From Isurus oxyrinchus (Eukaryota), in assembly GCA_026770705.1 (NCBI GenBank), contig JANJGN010000052.1, positions 992,001 to 1,056,000 on the forward strand: a stretch of 64,000 bases of DNA. Reading direction: 5' to 3'. Numbering within the stretch: position 1 is the stretch's first letter; the number at the start of each line of letters is the position of its first letter. The notes beneath the pieces were generated by a model. That model was not told where the DNA came from and did no database searches. It worked only from the letters and a program-made list of their open reading frames with translations. This document shows positions 49,711-63,007 of the stretch, piece after piece. A program made the translations under genes and the position numbers.

Positions 49711-52700
49711 ATATCCTGACAGCAAACTGCGATTAAGAGCTTCCTGCAACTTAACTAACAGACCAAAGACATATTGAACTGTCTGAAAGTGACTTGTTTT
49801 TCAAAGAAATACAAGATTGTACACAGATCAAAAATGGCTGACACAAGTCATCTGATTGCTGATACTGTGAAGTTGATCACTTCTCTGGAAAGGTTCAAAT
49901 GAATTGCAATGCAGACCTGTCGCATGGAAGTTCATGCCTGGTGTGTGTCAGGGTTCACTTCAAACAGGGACACTCTTAAAAAGAAGGCATTAAAATGCAA
50001 AGTGCTGGACTTTGATCAGCTGTAGTTCTATCAAAACAGTAGGAACTGCTCACCAAGCGGATAATCATCAGCCATTCAAAACCCCTGTGGAGGATACAAT
50101 ACCCCCATCTCCTGTTGATTTATATCTTGAAATGCATCAAATGTTTTGGAGATGCAAAGATAAAAAATGGGAATACTTGGTCTATAACAATGAATGCAAA
50201 ACATGCTGATTGAATTCCCTTCAGGAATATACAGACAGGAGTCAAACAAATGGTTCTGCCAAGCAGATATAAGAGAAAGGAGGAGGAAAAAGAAATATGA
50301 CAGTCTTCCACAAACACTGCTGGAAAAGAGCAGAAATGATTTCTCCCTCCCTGTCGTTCTGTCCATCTCTGTCTCTCTCTCTGTCTCTCTCTCTCTCTCT
50401 CTGTCTGAAGCTAACAGAGAGTCTTCAACAACGTGCAAGTCTGTGCCAGATGAAATACAGGAATCTGCCGAAAACCAACTAATTTAAAACAGCTTCAAAC
50501 TTCACAGCCGACGCTGCAGTACAAGCAAATGACTCTTAATTTTTTATTGGTCTCTATAATTATTTTACCTCTGATATCTGTGTGTATGTTTATGTGTGTG
50601 TCAGTTTGTGTGTGCCTGTGTGTCTGTTTGTGTGTGTGTGTGTGCCTGTCTGTGTGTGTGTGTGTTGTGTCTGTGTGAGCATGTCTGTGTGTGTGCATTT
50701 GCCTGTGTGTGCGTGTGAGCCTGTCTGTGTGTGTGTCTGTGCACCTGTCTGTGTGAGTGTGTGTATGTGTGTGTAATTAAAAAATTAAAATGTGTCCCAT
50801 TTTTATTATTTTTCCTCCAGTTAGGTAACTAATAAACTGACTCTTTCTTTGACTCAACCAAACGTGGTTTAATTGGTTCATTCTTAACAACCAAAGACAC
50901 TTGTTTTGGAAATTGCATTTGGGGGAAAATATATTTTAAACTCTTTCTTTCAACCAACCATAATTACCTGTTAAACCTCTTAACCTCATTACTACTGAAT
51001 TCAAAGCCCACATCTCAAAACATACAAGTTGGAAATTGGTTGTGACAGTTGTTTCAAGTTTCCCTCCAGGATTTGAACAGCTCAGCATTTACCATCTGTT
51101 ATGTCATAACAGAGCTTCCTTCAACTTAACCAATGAGCCAAAAATGTATTGAACTGTTTAAAGGAGACCTGTTTTTTAAAAGTACTAGATTAGGCACTGA
51201 TCAAAAATGGCTGTCACGAGTCACCTGATTGCTGATACTGCTAACTTGATCACTTCTCTGGAAAGCTTCAAATGAATTGCACTACAGACATGTTGCATGA
51301 AAGTTCTCACTGAGGTGTGTCAGGGTCCACTTGAAACAGGGGCTCCCTTAAAAATGCAAAGTGCTGGGCTTTGATCACTGTAGGTCTATCAAGGTAATGG
51401 GAACTGCTCACCATGCAGATATTCATCAGTCATTCAAAACCCCTTGTGGAGGATGAAATGCCTCCATCTCCTGTAGATTTATATCTTGAAAAGCATCAAA
51501 TGTTTCAGAGATGCAAAGTTCAAAAAAGGGATTACTTGGTCTGCAACAATGAATGCAAGACATGCTGATCGAATTCCCTTTGGGAATATACAGACAGGAG
51601 TTTAACAACAGGTTCTGTCAAGCAGATATAAGAGAAAGTAGGAGGAAAAAGAAAGATGGTAGTCACTCAAATACACTGCTGGAAAAAAGCAGAAATTCTC
51701 CCTCTCTCTCTCTTTCTGAAGCTAACAGAGCATCTTCAACAAAGTGCAAATCTGAATCAAATCACCACCAGGATGCCACAGGAAACCAATCAACCTTGAA
51801 CAGCTGCTAATGTCAACAATGTATTTCTCAAAGACAAGCAAAGGTATTAATCATATATTCTTTTACATTTTTATTGGACTCTAACNNNNNNNNNNNNNNN
51901 NNNNNNNNNNNNNNNNNNNNNNNNNNNNNNNNNNNNNNNNNNNNNNNNNNNNNNNNNNNNNNNNNNNNNNNNNNNNNNNNNNNNNNNNNNNNNNNNNNNN
52001 NNNNNNNNNNNNNNNNNNNNNNNNNNNNNNNNNNNNNNNNNNNNNNNNNNNNNNNNNNNNNNNNNNNNNNNNNNNNNNNNNNNNNNNNNNNNNNNNNNNN
52101 NNNNNNNNNNNNNNNNNNNNNNNNNNNNNNNNNNNNNNNNNNNNNNNNNNNNNNNNNNNNNNNNNNNNNNNNNNNNNNTGTATTGTTGCATCTTTATTAT
52201 AAATGTTATTTAAAAATAGTGATCACACAAGCCTGGTTTCTAAGGAACTGAAACTGCAAACAATTTACAGCATAGTGAAACGTACAGGAATAATCTATTT
52301 TGAGCTGATGATATATAATTATACATGAGGCATGTTGCTAATTTCAAACATCATCTGAAATATGGCAGGTCTGACAGTGCAGCATTCCCTCAGCGCCCAC
52401 CCTCTGACAGTGCAGCACTCCCTCATCACTGACCGTCTGACAGTGCAGCACTCTCTCAGTGCTCACCCTCTGACAGTGCAGCACTCCCGCATCACTGACC
52501 GTCTGACAGTGCAGCATTCCCTCAGTGCTCACCCTCCGACAGTGCAGCACTCCCTCATCACTGATCCTCTGACAATGCAGCATTCCCTCAGTACTGACCC
52601 TCTGACAGTGCAGCACTCCCTCAGTGCTCACCCTCTGACAGTGCAGCACTCCCTTAGCACTGACCGTCTGACAGTGCAGCAATTCCTCAATGCTCACCCT

Positions 52701-54022
52701 CCAACAGTGCAGCACTCCCTCAGTACCGTCCCTCTGGGAGTGCAGCACTCCCTCAGTACTGACCCTCTGGGAGTGCAGCAATCCCTCAGTGCTGACCCTC
52801 CAACAGTGCAGCACTCCCTCAGTACTGACCCTCTAACAGTGCAGCACTCCCTCAGTGCTCACCCTCTGACAGTGCAGCACTCCCTCAGTGCTCACCCTCT
52901 GACAGTGCAGCACTCCCTTAGCACTGACCGTCTGACAGTGCAGCAATTCCTCAACACTCACCCTCCAACAGTGCAGCACTCCCTCAGCACTGACCCTTTG
53001 ACAGCGTGGCACTCCCTCAGCATTGACCCTCTGGGAGTGCAGCACTCCCTCAGTACTGACCCTCTGGGAGTGAAGCACTCCCTCAGTACTGACCCTCCGA
53101 CAGTGAGCACTCCCTCAGTACTGATCTTCCAACAGTGCAGCACTCCCTCAGCACTCCCTCACTGGGGCGAGTCCATCCACATTTTGAGCTGAAACCTTGA
53201 GATTGTCTCAAAATCCCAACCTTCCATCTCAGAGAGAGAGAGTGCGTTTGTGTGAGAGAGAGAGACAATGTATGTGTGAGAGACTGAGAGTGTGTATGTG
53301 TGAGGGAGCAAAAGAGAGTTAGAGAGTGTGTGCAAGAGAGAGGGAGGTAGCTTGTGTGTGTGAGAGAGAGAGTGTGTGTGAGAGAAAGAGAATGTCTGTG
53401 TGAGAGTGAGAGTGAGTTTATCTGTGAGAGATAAAGATAATGAGAGAATGTGTGTGTGAGATAGTGTGTTTGTGAAAGAGCGTGTGTGTGATAGTGTGTT
53501 TGTGTATGTGAGAGTGTGTGTGTGAGATCGTGTGTGTGTGTGTGTGTGTGTGTTTGAGAGAGAGGGTGTGTGTTTGAGAGGGAGTGTGCGAGAGAGAGAG
53601 GGTGTGCGTGTTTGAGAGAGAGGGTGATTGTGCGTTTGAGAGAGGGAGTGAGAGAGAACATGTGTGTGAGAGAGAGAGTGTGTGTGTGTATGTGTGTGCG
53701 TGAAAGAGAAAGTGTTTGTGCAAAAGAGTGTGTNNNNNNNNNNNNNNNNNNNNNNNNNNNNNNNNNNNNNNNNNNNNNNNNNNNNNNNNNNNNNNNNNNN
53801 NNNNNNNNNNNNNNNNNNNNNNNNNNNNNNNNNNNNNNNNNNNNNNNNNNNNNNNNNNNNNNNNNNNNNNNNNNNNNACAGTTTCACACGTTGCTAGGGA
53901 CCACTTTTCCACCTCTCTGTCAGACTGTGTGTATCTGACAGCAGGTCAGGCAGAAATAGTCCAGAATGCGCTGTGGTTTTGTAGCATTGAAACAACGACA
54001 TGAACTAAATGAGTGCTGCACT

Positions 54023-54088
54023 ACTATCAGTGTGTGGCAGAGAATGAACGTGGAGCAGTGGAGGGATTTATAACCATCTCTGTAGAAC
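54023..54088 (+). pseudogene. 3' remnant of a C2 exon (YQCVAENERGAVEGFITISVE)
   Basis: Homologous to the end of 28079-28360; donor gtgagt retained; 5' part absent. Confidence 0.75.
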
Positions 54089-55353
54089 GTGAGTTACACA
54101 GAATTGAACATTCTCTTGTTGTTAGCTCATGGGATGTGAGTATTGTTGACAAGGCCAGAAATTATTGCCCATTTGTAACTGCCCCTTGAGAAGGTGGTGG
54201 TGAGTTGCCTTCTTTAACCACTACATTCCCTGTGGTGTAGGCACACCCACAGTGCTGTTAGGGAGGGAGTTCCAGGATTTTGACCCAGCGACGGTGAAGG
54301 AACGGCCGATATAGTTCCAAGTCCCAGGGCAGACCACCACCACAAGTTAACCTCCAAGTCACACACCTCACTGACTTGGAACTGTCTTGGTGGAAGAGGT
54401 TAAGCGTTTGGAAGGTGCTGTCGAAGGAGCCTTGGTGAGTTGCTGCAGCGCATCTTGTAGATGGTGCACACTGCTGCCATTGTGTGCCAGTGGTGGAGGG
54501 TATGAATGTTTATGCTGATGGCTGGGCTGTCGATCAAACAAGCTGCTCCTGGATGGTGTCGAGGTTCTTGAGTGTTGTTGGAGCTGCACTCATCCAGCCA
54601 AGTGGAGATTATTCCATCACACTCCTGACTTGTGCCTTGTTCGATGGTGGACAGGCTTTGGGGAGTCAGGAGGTGAGTTACTCACCACAGAGTACCCAGT
54701 CTCTGACCCGCTCTTGTAGCCACATTATTTCCTGTTGCCGGGTTGTTGCCAGGGCCAATAGCCTTTGCTGTATCCAGTATCATCAGCTGATTCCTGATGT
54801 CACGTGGAGTCAATCGAATTGTCTGAAAGCTGACATCTGTGATGCTGGGACCCTCTGGAGGAGGCCGAGATGGAGCATCCACTCAGCACTTCTGGCTGAA
54901 CATGGTTGCCAATGCTTCAGCCTTGTCATTTGCACTGATGTGCTGAGCTCCCCCATCATTAAGGATGGGGATATTTGTGGAACATCCTCCTCCTGTTAGA
55001 TCTTTAATTGTCCATCACCATTCATGACTGGATGTGGCAGGACTGCAGAGCTTAGATCTGACCCGTTGGTTGTGGGATCGCTTTGCTCTGTCTATAGCAT
55101 GTTGTTTCCGCTGTTTGGTGTGTATGTAGTCCTGTGTGTCACCTCAGCAGCTTGGCACCTCTGTTATATGTGAATCCTCCTTATAGAAACCTGCATGTAC
55201 ATGGATATTATCAATAAATATTACATAGATAAATGTTATTTGTATAGACCTTTCATGCATAGACAATGTCACTTCACAAGTTCAGAATTACTACATGTAC
55301 ATAGGGAACCATTCTCAAACTGTACCGGAGTCATTCATTGGCTGATTTTACAG

Positions 55354-55450
55354 GGCGAGATTCCAATGAATGGAAAGCAGGATTGCTTGGAGCTGGAATC
55401 TGTTTGAGTGTTGGACTGAGTGGATTCTTCATCTTCAAGTGTGTGAGAAA
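55354..55450 (+). pseudogene. Inverted duplicate of the gene B TM exon
   Basis: Matches 26718-26814 with intact splice sites; no intact ectodomain exons seen upstream. Confidence 0.75.
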
Positions 55451-55777
55451 GTAAGTGTGAAGGTTTAATTGGTTGTTTTCGAAAATGTTTTCTTCAAACT
55501 TCTCCCCTTATAGAAAGAACTTTCATTTCTATAGCACCTTTCACAACCCAAAACCCTTCACAGCCCCTGAAGAATTTTGATGTTCACCTACTGTTTAACA
55601 TCTCATCCAACACTCACTGTTTCACAACTCAGTCCTGTAACAGGCAGTGTTGACCCGGACCATAAGATACCTTGTGACCTACTGAGGATGTGAAAGGTGC
55701 TATACAAATGAAAACCTTTCTTTTGTTAGTGAATGCAATCTCTTTCCTTTTTCCATGTTTCATTCACTCTCTCTTAT

Positions 55778-55965
55778 CTCCACTAATGCTCTCTTCTCAT
55801 TCTCTCTCTCATTCACTCTCTCTCCAATCTCCACTAATGCTCTCCTTCTCATTCTCTCTCTCATTCACTCTCTCTCCAATCTCCACTAATGCTCTCCTTC
55901 TCATTCTCTCTCTCATTCACTCTCTCTCCAATCTCCACTAATGCTCTCCTTCTCATTCTCTCTCT
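55778..55965. repeat. 52-bp tandem repeat, about 4 copies (single copy in the paralog near 26355-26400)
   Basis: ctccactaatgctc starts at 55778, 55829, 55881 and 55933. Confidence 0.85.
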
Positions 55966-56256
55966 CGTCCTCTTACACAATGTTCAGTATCTCACATTTT
56001 TAAGGAGCGCTGAGCAACATCTGCTCCTTCAGAAGATCCACCTCAACACCTGGAGTGAGCAGTGATTTGCAACTCGCTCACCAACTGCTCAGCTTTACAC
56101 AGGAATCACGTCACAGAGTCAGGACACAAAGGGTTAACAGTTTGCTTACAACACAACACTAAGGCCTACGTTTCAGTGAAAGGGTTTTCACAATTGTTCC
56201 CCAATTCCTGATTTTACTCACAGAGACACATCAACCCTTTCTCATTAAATACACAG

Positions 56257-56341
56257 AGGGAGCAGCACAGGAAGAGGTCATTCAGCCCAAGCAGAGCGTG
56301 TGGGCAGTTCCTCCCCAGGCGAGCAGTCGGACAGGTCCTGG
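56257..56341 (+). pseudogene. Inverted duplicate of cytoplasmic exon 1
   Basis: 85-nt paralog; splice sites intact. Confidence 0.7.
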
Positions 56342-56784
56342 GTAAGTAACGGAACGATTGGAATTCACTTCCACGACCAACACCATCCTTTGTTGATGTT
56401 GTGACTTTATAAAGACAGATTCCAATAACTGATGCCTTTGAAAGATTTCTACTGATTATTGAGATCTGGGTGTGAGGCTCAAGTCTGTTGTACAGAACAT
56501 CTTTCTAGCTCAAGGGATGAGGGAAGAGCAGGGACATGAGCTTTGGGGTGTCCTGAGCAGGTGAAAGGCGATATAGAAATGCAAGTCCTTCATTGTTTTA
56601 CTTTCTTAAAGCCTTGTAACTCTCTGCAGAGCACATATCATCCCACAGAGAATGAAATTAGTCTGTGAAGACATTGTCTAAAAGCGGTTCTGATCTCTCG
56701 AGAGGTGTCGGACAAGAGGTGAGGTCTCATTAACTCATTTCTCTTTCACAGCTTGAGAACCAATGAAATACCTGGGAGTGGACA

Positions 56785-56824
56785 ATGATCAGGAAATCTT
56801 ACTTCCTCCTGTCACTTCTCCAAG
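56785..56824 (+). pseudogene. Leader exon copy MIRKSYFLLSLLQ
   Basis: Paralog of 13052-13091; no V exon follows. Confidence 0.7.
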
Positions 56825-57611
56825 GTAATATCATTGTCAGCTCGGACAGATTTATGGCTAATCATCTTTGTAAAACATAATTCTTATTGAGCTGTGATTG
56901 GGAACAGATTCAGCAGTGAGCCAGTGTACAATCTCACACCAAGTCCCATTCACCCATCACCCCTGTGCTCACTGATATACACTGACTCCCTGTCTGACAG
57001 CAGAATTGGAGGAGAGCAGAGGACTTTGAGGTTTGCATGGTTGGAGGAGAAAGTGATTGGAGAAGAGGAATGGAGGGAATGGAAATTGAGGATGAGAATC
57101 TTAAACTCGAGGCTCTGCTGGACTGGGAGCCAGTGCAGGTCAGCGAGTGGCGGAGGGCGTGAGGTGTTGAGTTGAGAAACAGTGATAAATACTGGGGGAT
57201 GAAGTCTATCCTGATGCTTGGACTCCGATAGCAAAGGAATGAAATTTGTGTCTTTTGTTGATTTTAATCAGAATTTCCCATGAAGACAACACAGCAGCTC
57301 CTAGAATAGACAGGCTGTTCAGTGTCACACTTCCTGTCCATTCTCACCTTGCTAGATACTTCAATAAGGGAGCAAGATAACTGAAAGAGAGAAGGAAGGT
57401 AAAGCTGTCCGTGTGTAAAGGTGTCAATATTCAGTTTGCATATTTGTCTTTCTCTCGACACATGCAGAGCTCAGGCTAGAGGCACTTTGTTAGTGTGTTT
57501 CACAGTGTCTGCTGGAGTAGGGTCAGTGCTGAGCTTGGGGACAAGTCAGTCTACAATGCTGCATCGGAATCAACAATACAACAATATGGGGTTTGGATCA
57601 GAAATAATCCC

Positions 57612-57762
57612 TCAGACAATGAGGATCCAAAGAGATTCCATAGACAATGAGGATCCAAAGAGATTCCTTAGACAATGAGGATCCAAAAAGATTCCTTAGA
57701 CATGAGGATCCAAAGAGATTCCTCAGACAATGAGGATCCAAAGAGATTCCTTAGACAATGAA
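57612..57762. repeat. 27-28-bp tandem repeat (agacaatgaggatccaaagagattcc)
   Basis: About 5 copies by inspection. Confidence 0.85.
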
Positions 57763-58402
57763 CATACAAAGTGCACCAATGATAGTGAATCAGATTAGCC
57801 AATCAGCTGTGTTGAAGAGCAGACAGGAATGTTAGGCTAATTAGTGATTCATGACGGTGATAATGGGGGGAGTTCTGAGGGCTCCTAATCCATTGTCCTG
57901 TCTTGTAAATCAGCACCTTAATACTGACCCTCCAACAGTGCAGCACTCCCTCAGTACTGATCCTCCAACATTGCAGCACTCCCTGATTAATGTCCCTCTG
58001 ACAGTGCAGCACTCCCTCAGTACTGACCCTCAAACAGTGGAGATCTCCCTCAGTACTGACCTTACAATAGTGCAACACTCGCTCAGTAATGACCATCCGA
58101 CAGTGCAGCACTTGCTCAGTACTGACACTGGGGAGTTTCAGTCTACTCTGTGGGGCAGACGTCCCCTGAATCGGGTCTTGAATCCCACAACATTCTGACC
58201 CCCTGAATTTGGCTGTGAAACCCACTGACCCACAGGAGAAACTCCTGGTCATTGACTGTCCACCTGTGAGCAGAAATATCACCACAGGGTCAGGACACAA
58301 AGTTCACCAACATCTCAAAACATGAGCTGCTCTGTCACTTTGATCCAACTTCCTCATTTTGTCTCACAGAGACACATCAACCCTTTCTCACTAAATACAC
58401 AG

Positions 58403-58487
58403 AGGGGGCAGCACAGGAAGAGGTCATTCAGCCCAAGCAGAGCGTGTGGGCAGTTCCTCCCCAGGCGAGCAGTCGGACAGGTCCTGG
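58403..58487 (+). pseudogene. Further copy of cytoplasmic exon 1
   Basis: 85-nt paralog about 450 nt upstream of the gene D leader. Confidence 0.7.
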
Positions 58488-58937
58488 GTAAGTAACGGAA
58501 CGATTGGAATTCACTTCCACCACCAACACAGTCCTTTGTTGATGTTGTGACTTTATAAAGACAGATTCCAATGATTGATGCCTTTGAAAGATTTCTACTG
58601 ATTATTGAGATCTGGGTGTGAGGCTCAAGTCTGTTGTACAGAACATCTTTCTGGATCAAAGGATGAGGGAAGTGCAGAGACATGAGCTTTGGGACATCCT
58701 GAGGAGGTGAAAGGTGCTATAGAAATGCAAATCCTTCATTGTTTTTCTTTCTTAAAGTCTTGTAACTCTCTGCAGAGCACCTATCATCCCACAGAGAATC
58801 AAATTAGTCTGTGAAGACATTGTCTAAAAGCAGTTCTGATCTCTCGAGAGCTGTCGGACAAGAGGTGAGGTCTCATTAACTCCTTTCTCTTTCACAGCTT
58901 GAGAGTGAGAAGTGGATGGAATATCTGGGAGTGGACG

Positions 58938-58977
58938 ATGGTCGGGAAATCTTACTTCCTCCTGTCACTTCTCCAAG
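58938..58977 (+). CDS. Gene D leader exon MVGKSYFLLSLLQ
   Basis: ATG, 40 nt, CAAG|gtaat donor. Confidence 0.72.
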
Positions 58978-59668
58978 GTAATATCATCGTCAGTATGGAC
59001 AGATTTATGTTTAACAGTTTTTGTAAAAGATCATTCTTATCTCTTTAATCTGTAACGTCCTGCAACGCAACCAAACAACTTCCCAGATCTCTGTGTTACT
59101 CCAATTCCGGCCTCTTGACCATCCCCCGATTCCCATCACTCCAATTGTGGCGGCCGGGCCTTCAGCTGCCTGGTGCCTGAGCTCTGGAATTCACTCCCTA
59201 AACCTCGGTGATGGAGGAGATCAGAGGGTTTCATTTTACTGAGAATCACCACGACCACATCACAGCTGCAGTCAGAATAGACAGAGAGTCCAGCCCTCGC
59301 ACTTCCTGCACAGTTTCACCATAGCAACCACAATAAGGAAGTAAAATAACTGAAAGTTAAACCGAAGCCAAACCAGTCGGTGTAGAGAGATGAGATGTTT
59401 ACACAGTTTCCCTGTGTATCTTGTAGACACTGTGTTGGGTGGAAGACTGGCTTCACTAAACAGGGTCCTGAGGACCATGAGCCAATGTAGAATGAACTTG
59501 TTCACTCCTGTGTCCAGGATTCTCTTCCATCCATTGTGAAACCTTGGGGAGTTCCTTGTGTGTCCTGTAGTTAGTCCACACTGCAGCCACTGTGCCCCAG
59601 TGATGGAGGGAGTGGATATCAAGTCTAGTGGATTGACAAACCATCCAGAGTTAAATATTGACATTTCT

Positions 59669-59698
59669 ATTACCCTGTAACCCGGCTTCACGTTTCTG
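59669..59698 (+). pseudogene. Gene D V-exon remnant (last ~30 nt only)
   Basis: Pre-acceptor intron ttaaatattgacatttct is joined directly to attaccctgtaacccggcttcacgtttctg|gtaag. Confidence 0.85.
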
Positions 59699-60170
59699 GT
59701 AAGTGCTGCGTTATAATTACTCAACAATTCACATTCAACACTCAATGGGAAATAACACTAACTGTGACGTTTACATATTAACACAAAACACAGCTTATTA
59801 TAACACACTGTCTGATTCTCAATAACCTGGTGATCGCTTCCAGTTCAGTCCTAAAGCAACCTCTAATACTCACTTTAATATCAATGATGAAAAGCATTAA
59901 CTGTATTATCAGGTTATCCACTCCCATCAATCTCTCCTGTCCTGTTTAAAAGTCTGACGTATCGATAAAAGAAAGATGTGCATTTCTGCAGCGCAATTTA
60001 CCACCTCAGGAGGATCCAAATCCCTTCACAGCCATTGAAATTATTCCTGAATTGTAGTCACAGATGTAAAACACAGCAGGCAGTTTGTGCACAGCAAGAT
60101 CCAACAAACCACAATGTAATAAATCACCCAGATCACTGAGGAAATGAGAAGCCAGTGAACTCAAACCTCT

Positions 60171-60208
60171 GGTCTGATGAAGAGTCATACGGACTCGAAA
60201 CGTTAACT
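60171..60208 (+). ncRNA. Hammerhead-ribozyme-like motif in a Penelope-derived repeat
   Basis: CTGATGA-a-GAGTC atacg GACTC-GAAAC-GTT; core and stem II intact, stem I weak. Confidence 0.5.
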
Positions 60209-60557
60209 CTGTCTTCCTCTCCACTGATACTGTCAGACCTGCTGAGTCTTTCCAGCAATTTTTGTTTTGGTTTCAGATTTCCAGCATCCGCAGTATTCTG
60301 CTTTTAACTCCAATCTCTGGTCTGAGCCTCTTCTCTCATCCAGTGTTCTCAATTCACATGTCTCGGAGTGAACGTGTATTAAGCTGAGAGACAGAAACAC
60401 TACTGCCAAAGAGCAAGAAAATCTTTCCTGATCATTGTAACCTCTCAGTTCTGATATCATCCTTGTAAAAGTGCTTTCTCTTGTGGGACTGTGGTTTCTA
60501 TTTGAACTGATGCTTCACGTTATATTTCTCTAAAAGGATCCATTCTCTGTCTGTTAG

Positions 60558-60854
60558 ATTTCACAGATAAACCCATGATATTCCCTGCTGAAATTATTGC
60601 AGGAAAGCGCGTCAATGTAAGCTGCACCTTCAACACAACGTGCAATGGAACAGCAGCACCTGTCTTAACCTGGGACACTCCCACTGACGTACGTGGATCA
60701 GTCTCAAACACTGTAACTCAGCATGGTGTCACTCTGACCTATACTTCTGTTCTGACCCTGATCCCATCACTCAAACACCACGGACACACTCTCAGCTGCA
60801 GAGTGAGATATCCATCTGTTTCATCGGAGCGGACCCTCGTACTAACTGTGCAAG
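60558..60854 (+). CDS. Gene D Ig domain-2-like exon
   Basis: 297 nt, canonical sites, open frame. Confidence 0.8.
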
Positions 60855-61185
60855 GTAATTACATACACTTTCATTCTACATCAGCACTCCCTCAGCGCTG
60901 ACCCTCTGACAGTGCAGCCCGTTCTCAGTATCCACATTCTAAGGCCTCTCTAAGTGCTTCACAGTCGATAGAAGTTAATTGATCTTTATTTGATTATTGC
61001 TGAATGAAGAGACAAGCTGTCTAAACTTTACATCTCGCACATACCATTCTCCATGGCAACACCTCCACCTATCAGAGACCACTTGCCAACCAATCAGCAC
61101 TCTCTTCCCATTAAGTATAAATTGTTGTTCACTTTCTGTTGGTAATCCTGTGAACGGGCTTCTTGATTCCTGCCCTGAGATCTGA

Positions 61186-61329
61186 ATGTCCAAATGAACA
61201 GAACAAGTTCCAACAATGAGCTGTGGTTTGTGATTCCTCACGTTACATCCAGGGACACTAGAGACTATCAGTGTGTGGCAGAGAATGAACATGGAGCAGT
61301 GGAGGGATTCATAACCATCACTGTGGAAC
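61186..61329 (+). pseudogene. Gene D C2 exon remnant
   Basis: Same 5' replacement as 18172-18320. Confidence 0.8.
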
Positions 61330-63007
61330 GTGAGTGTACACAGACTTCAACATCTCTCTCAGATTCGAACACTACACAAACACCCTCAAACATACACATC
61401 TAAGTAGACACATGCAGACACACATATATGACCACACAGAAAGACACACTCACACACAAACACACTAACACACACTCCCCTGTGGGCTACCTGACCTCCC
61501 TCAGTACTGCCCTGGAGAGTTGGCCTGAATTCTGGGATTTGTGTTCCCATTCATATTTATGCAAGAATATGGAAATTACAAAGTCTATTACAGACACTCA
61601 GATGCATAGAGACACTCACAGATACTCTCTGCCTCTCCAACTCTCTCTCTCCCTTTAAGAAGCTTCCTGAAAGCTCACCCTTCGAACAATCACCAGTCCC
61701 AAATCCTCCTTATCTGATTTGTGTGATTTTCTTTGTGTATTTGAGAGTAAGAGAGAGGTGGAGAGGTTTAGGAGGAGAATTCCTGTTGGTGAAAAGCTTA
61801 CATCATGTTCCCACCTTTCCAGTGCCCATATTTCACATGATGTCCAATGTCCTTGTTCATAATGGGAATTGCCTATGTAAACATCACGCTGTAGTTACAG
61901 TCTCCTACCAGTGGTGGCATTGTAGCACTTAATCCTTGTGTTTCCCAGCTTTTCAAGCAACACCACTTCCCAGTTTGCTCCACAAGCTGTGAGTTCATTG
62001 GAATTCAATTATTTCTCAAACGGTAGATTTGATGTCATTTTATTGAAAACTTCCTCAGTGCCTCCCTGAAGGGTTTACACTCTCTGGGAAGCAGGAATAG
62101 GCTGGATGTTGGGGAGTTCATCTTTTCCCAGAGAGTAGTGATCCTCGGGAATGTGCTGTCAGTGGGAGTGGTGGTTGCTGATTCTCTGTCGCCTTCAAGA
62201 GGGATCTGGAGTCGTTACTGACTGGGGGAGAGATCATGGAAACGGAGAATGATACAGCACAGGAGGAGGCCATTCAGTCCATTGTGCCTGTGCCAGGTCT
62301 TTCAATGTTCTATCCAATCAGATCCACTAACCACCATTCCAATTTGCCCCCATCTTCCTCCTTTAAGTATTTATCCAATTTCCCTTTTGAAAGTTCCTAT
62401 TGAATCTGCTTCCACCGCCCTTTCAGGCAGCACCTTCCAGACCACAACAACTCGCTCTGTCAAAACAAATTCTCCTCATCTCCCCCTCCGGTTCGTCAAT
62501 CTGTGTCCCTCTGGTTACCGACCCTCCTGCCCCTTAAGTACATTGATACTGTTCACCTCAACCACTCCCTGTGGGAGCGAGTTCCACATTCTCCCGTCTC
62601 TCTGGGTAAAGATTGGAACTGTTTATTAAGCGGGGGGTGTAAGTCCGTGAGGGAGTCCATCTCGATCCTGCCCGATTCGCACACGCGTCCGAGATGGATT
62701 TCCACCCTGCACTAAACGTTTCCAGAATTTTCTACAGCACAATCCTGTACACAGCGATGGAGAGAAACATTGGACAGGGAGTCCAACAGCACAATGATCC
62801 ATTCTCACCAATGTTCCACGCTAAGGGGAAAGTTCCGATTGTCCACTCTTAGAGTGTTTACAATGAAAACATTCATTCCACATTGAATCCCAGTAAATGG
62901 CTCAATATTACAGCAAATGTTGCAGTGATATGAAGCTTGATTGTTCAGCCAGAGTGAGAGATTGAAAGCGGAGAGTCAGTGATGATTTCTTTCTGTGTGT
63001 TCTCTAG

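Larger units (their letters stand above)
54020..56510. repeat. Inverted duplicate of ~25815-28145
   Basis: C2 end, LINE, TM exon and cytoplasmic exon 1 are mirrored. Confidence 0.9.

Noticed and set aside
52362-53192. 276-aa ORF and similar VQHSLSTDPLT / ECCTVRGSV ORFs that look zinc-finger-like
   Set aside because: Translations of the 33-bp tandem array, with no real C2H2 spacing.
49368-53938. His/Thr- and Cys/Val-rich ORFs
   Set aside because: Translations of (CA)n/(TG)n microsatellites and gaps.
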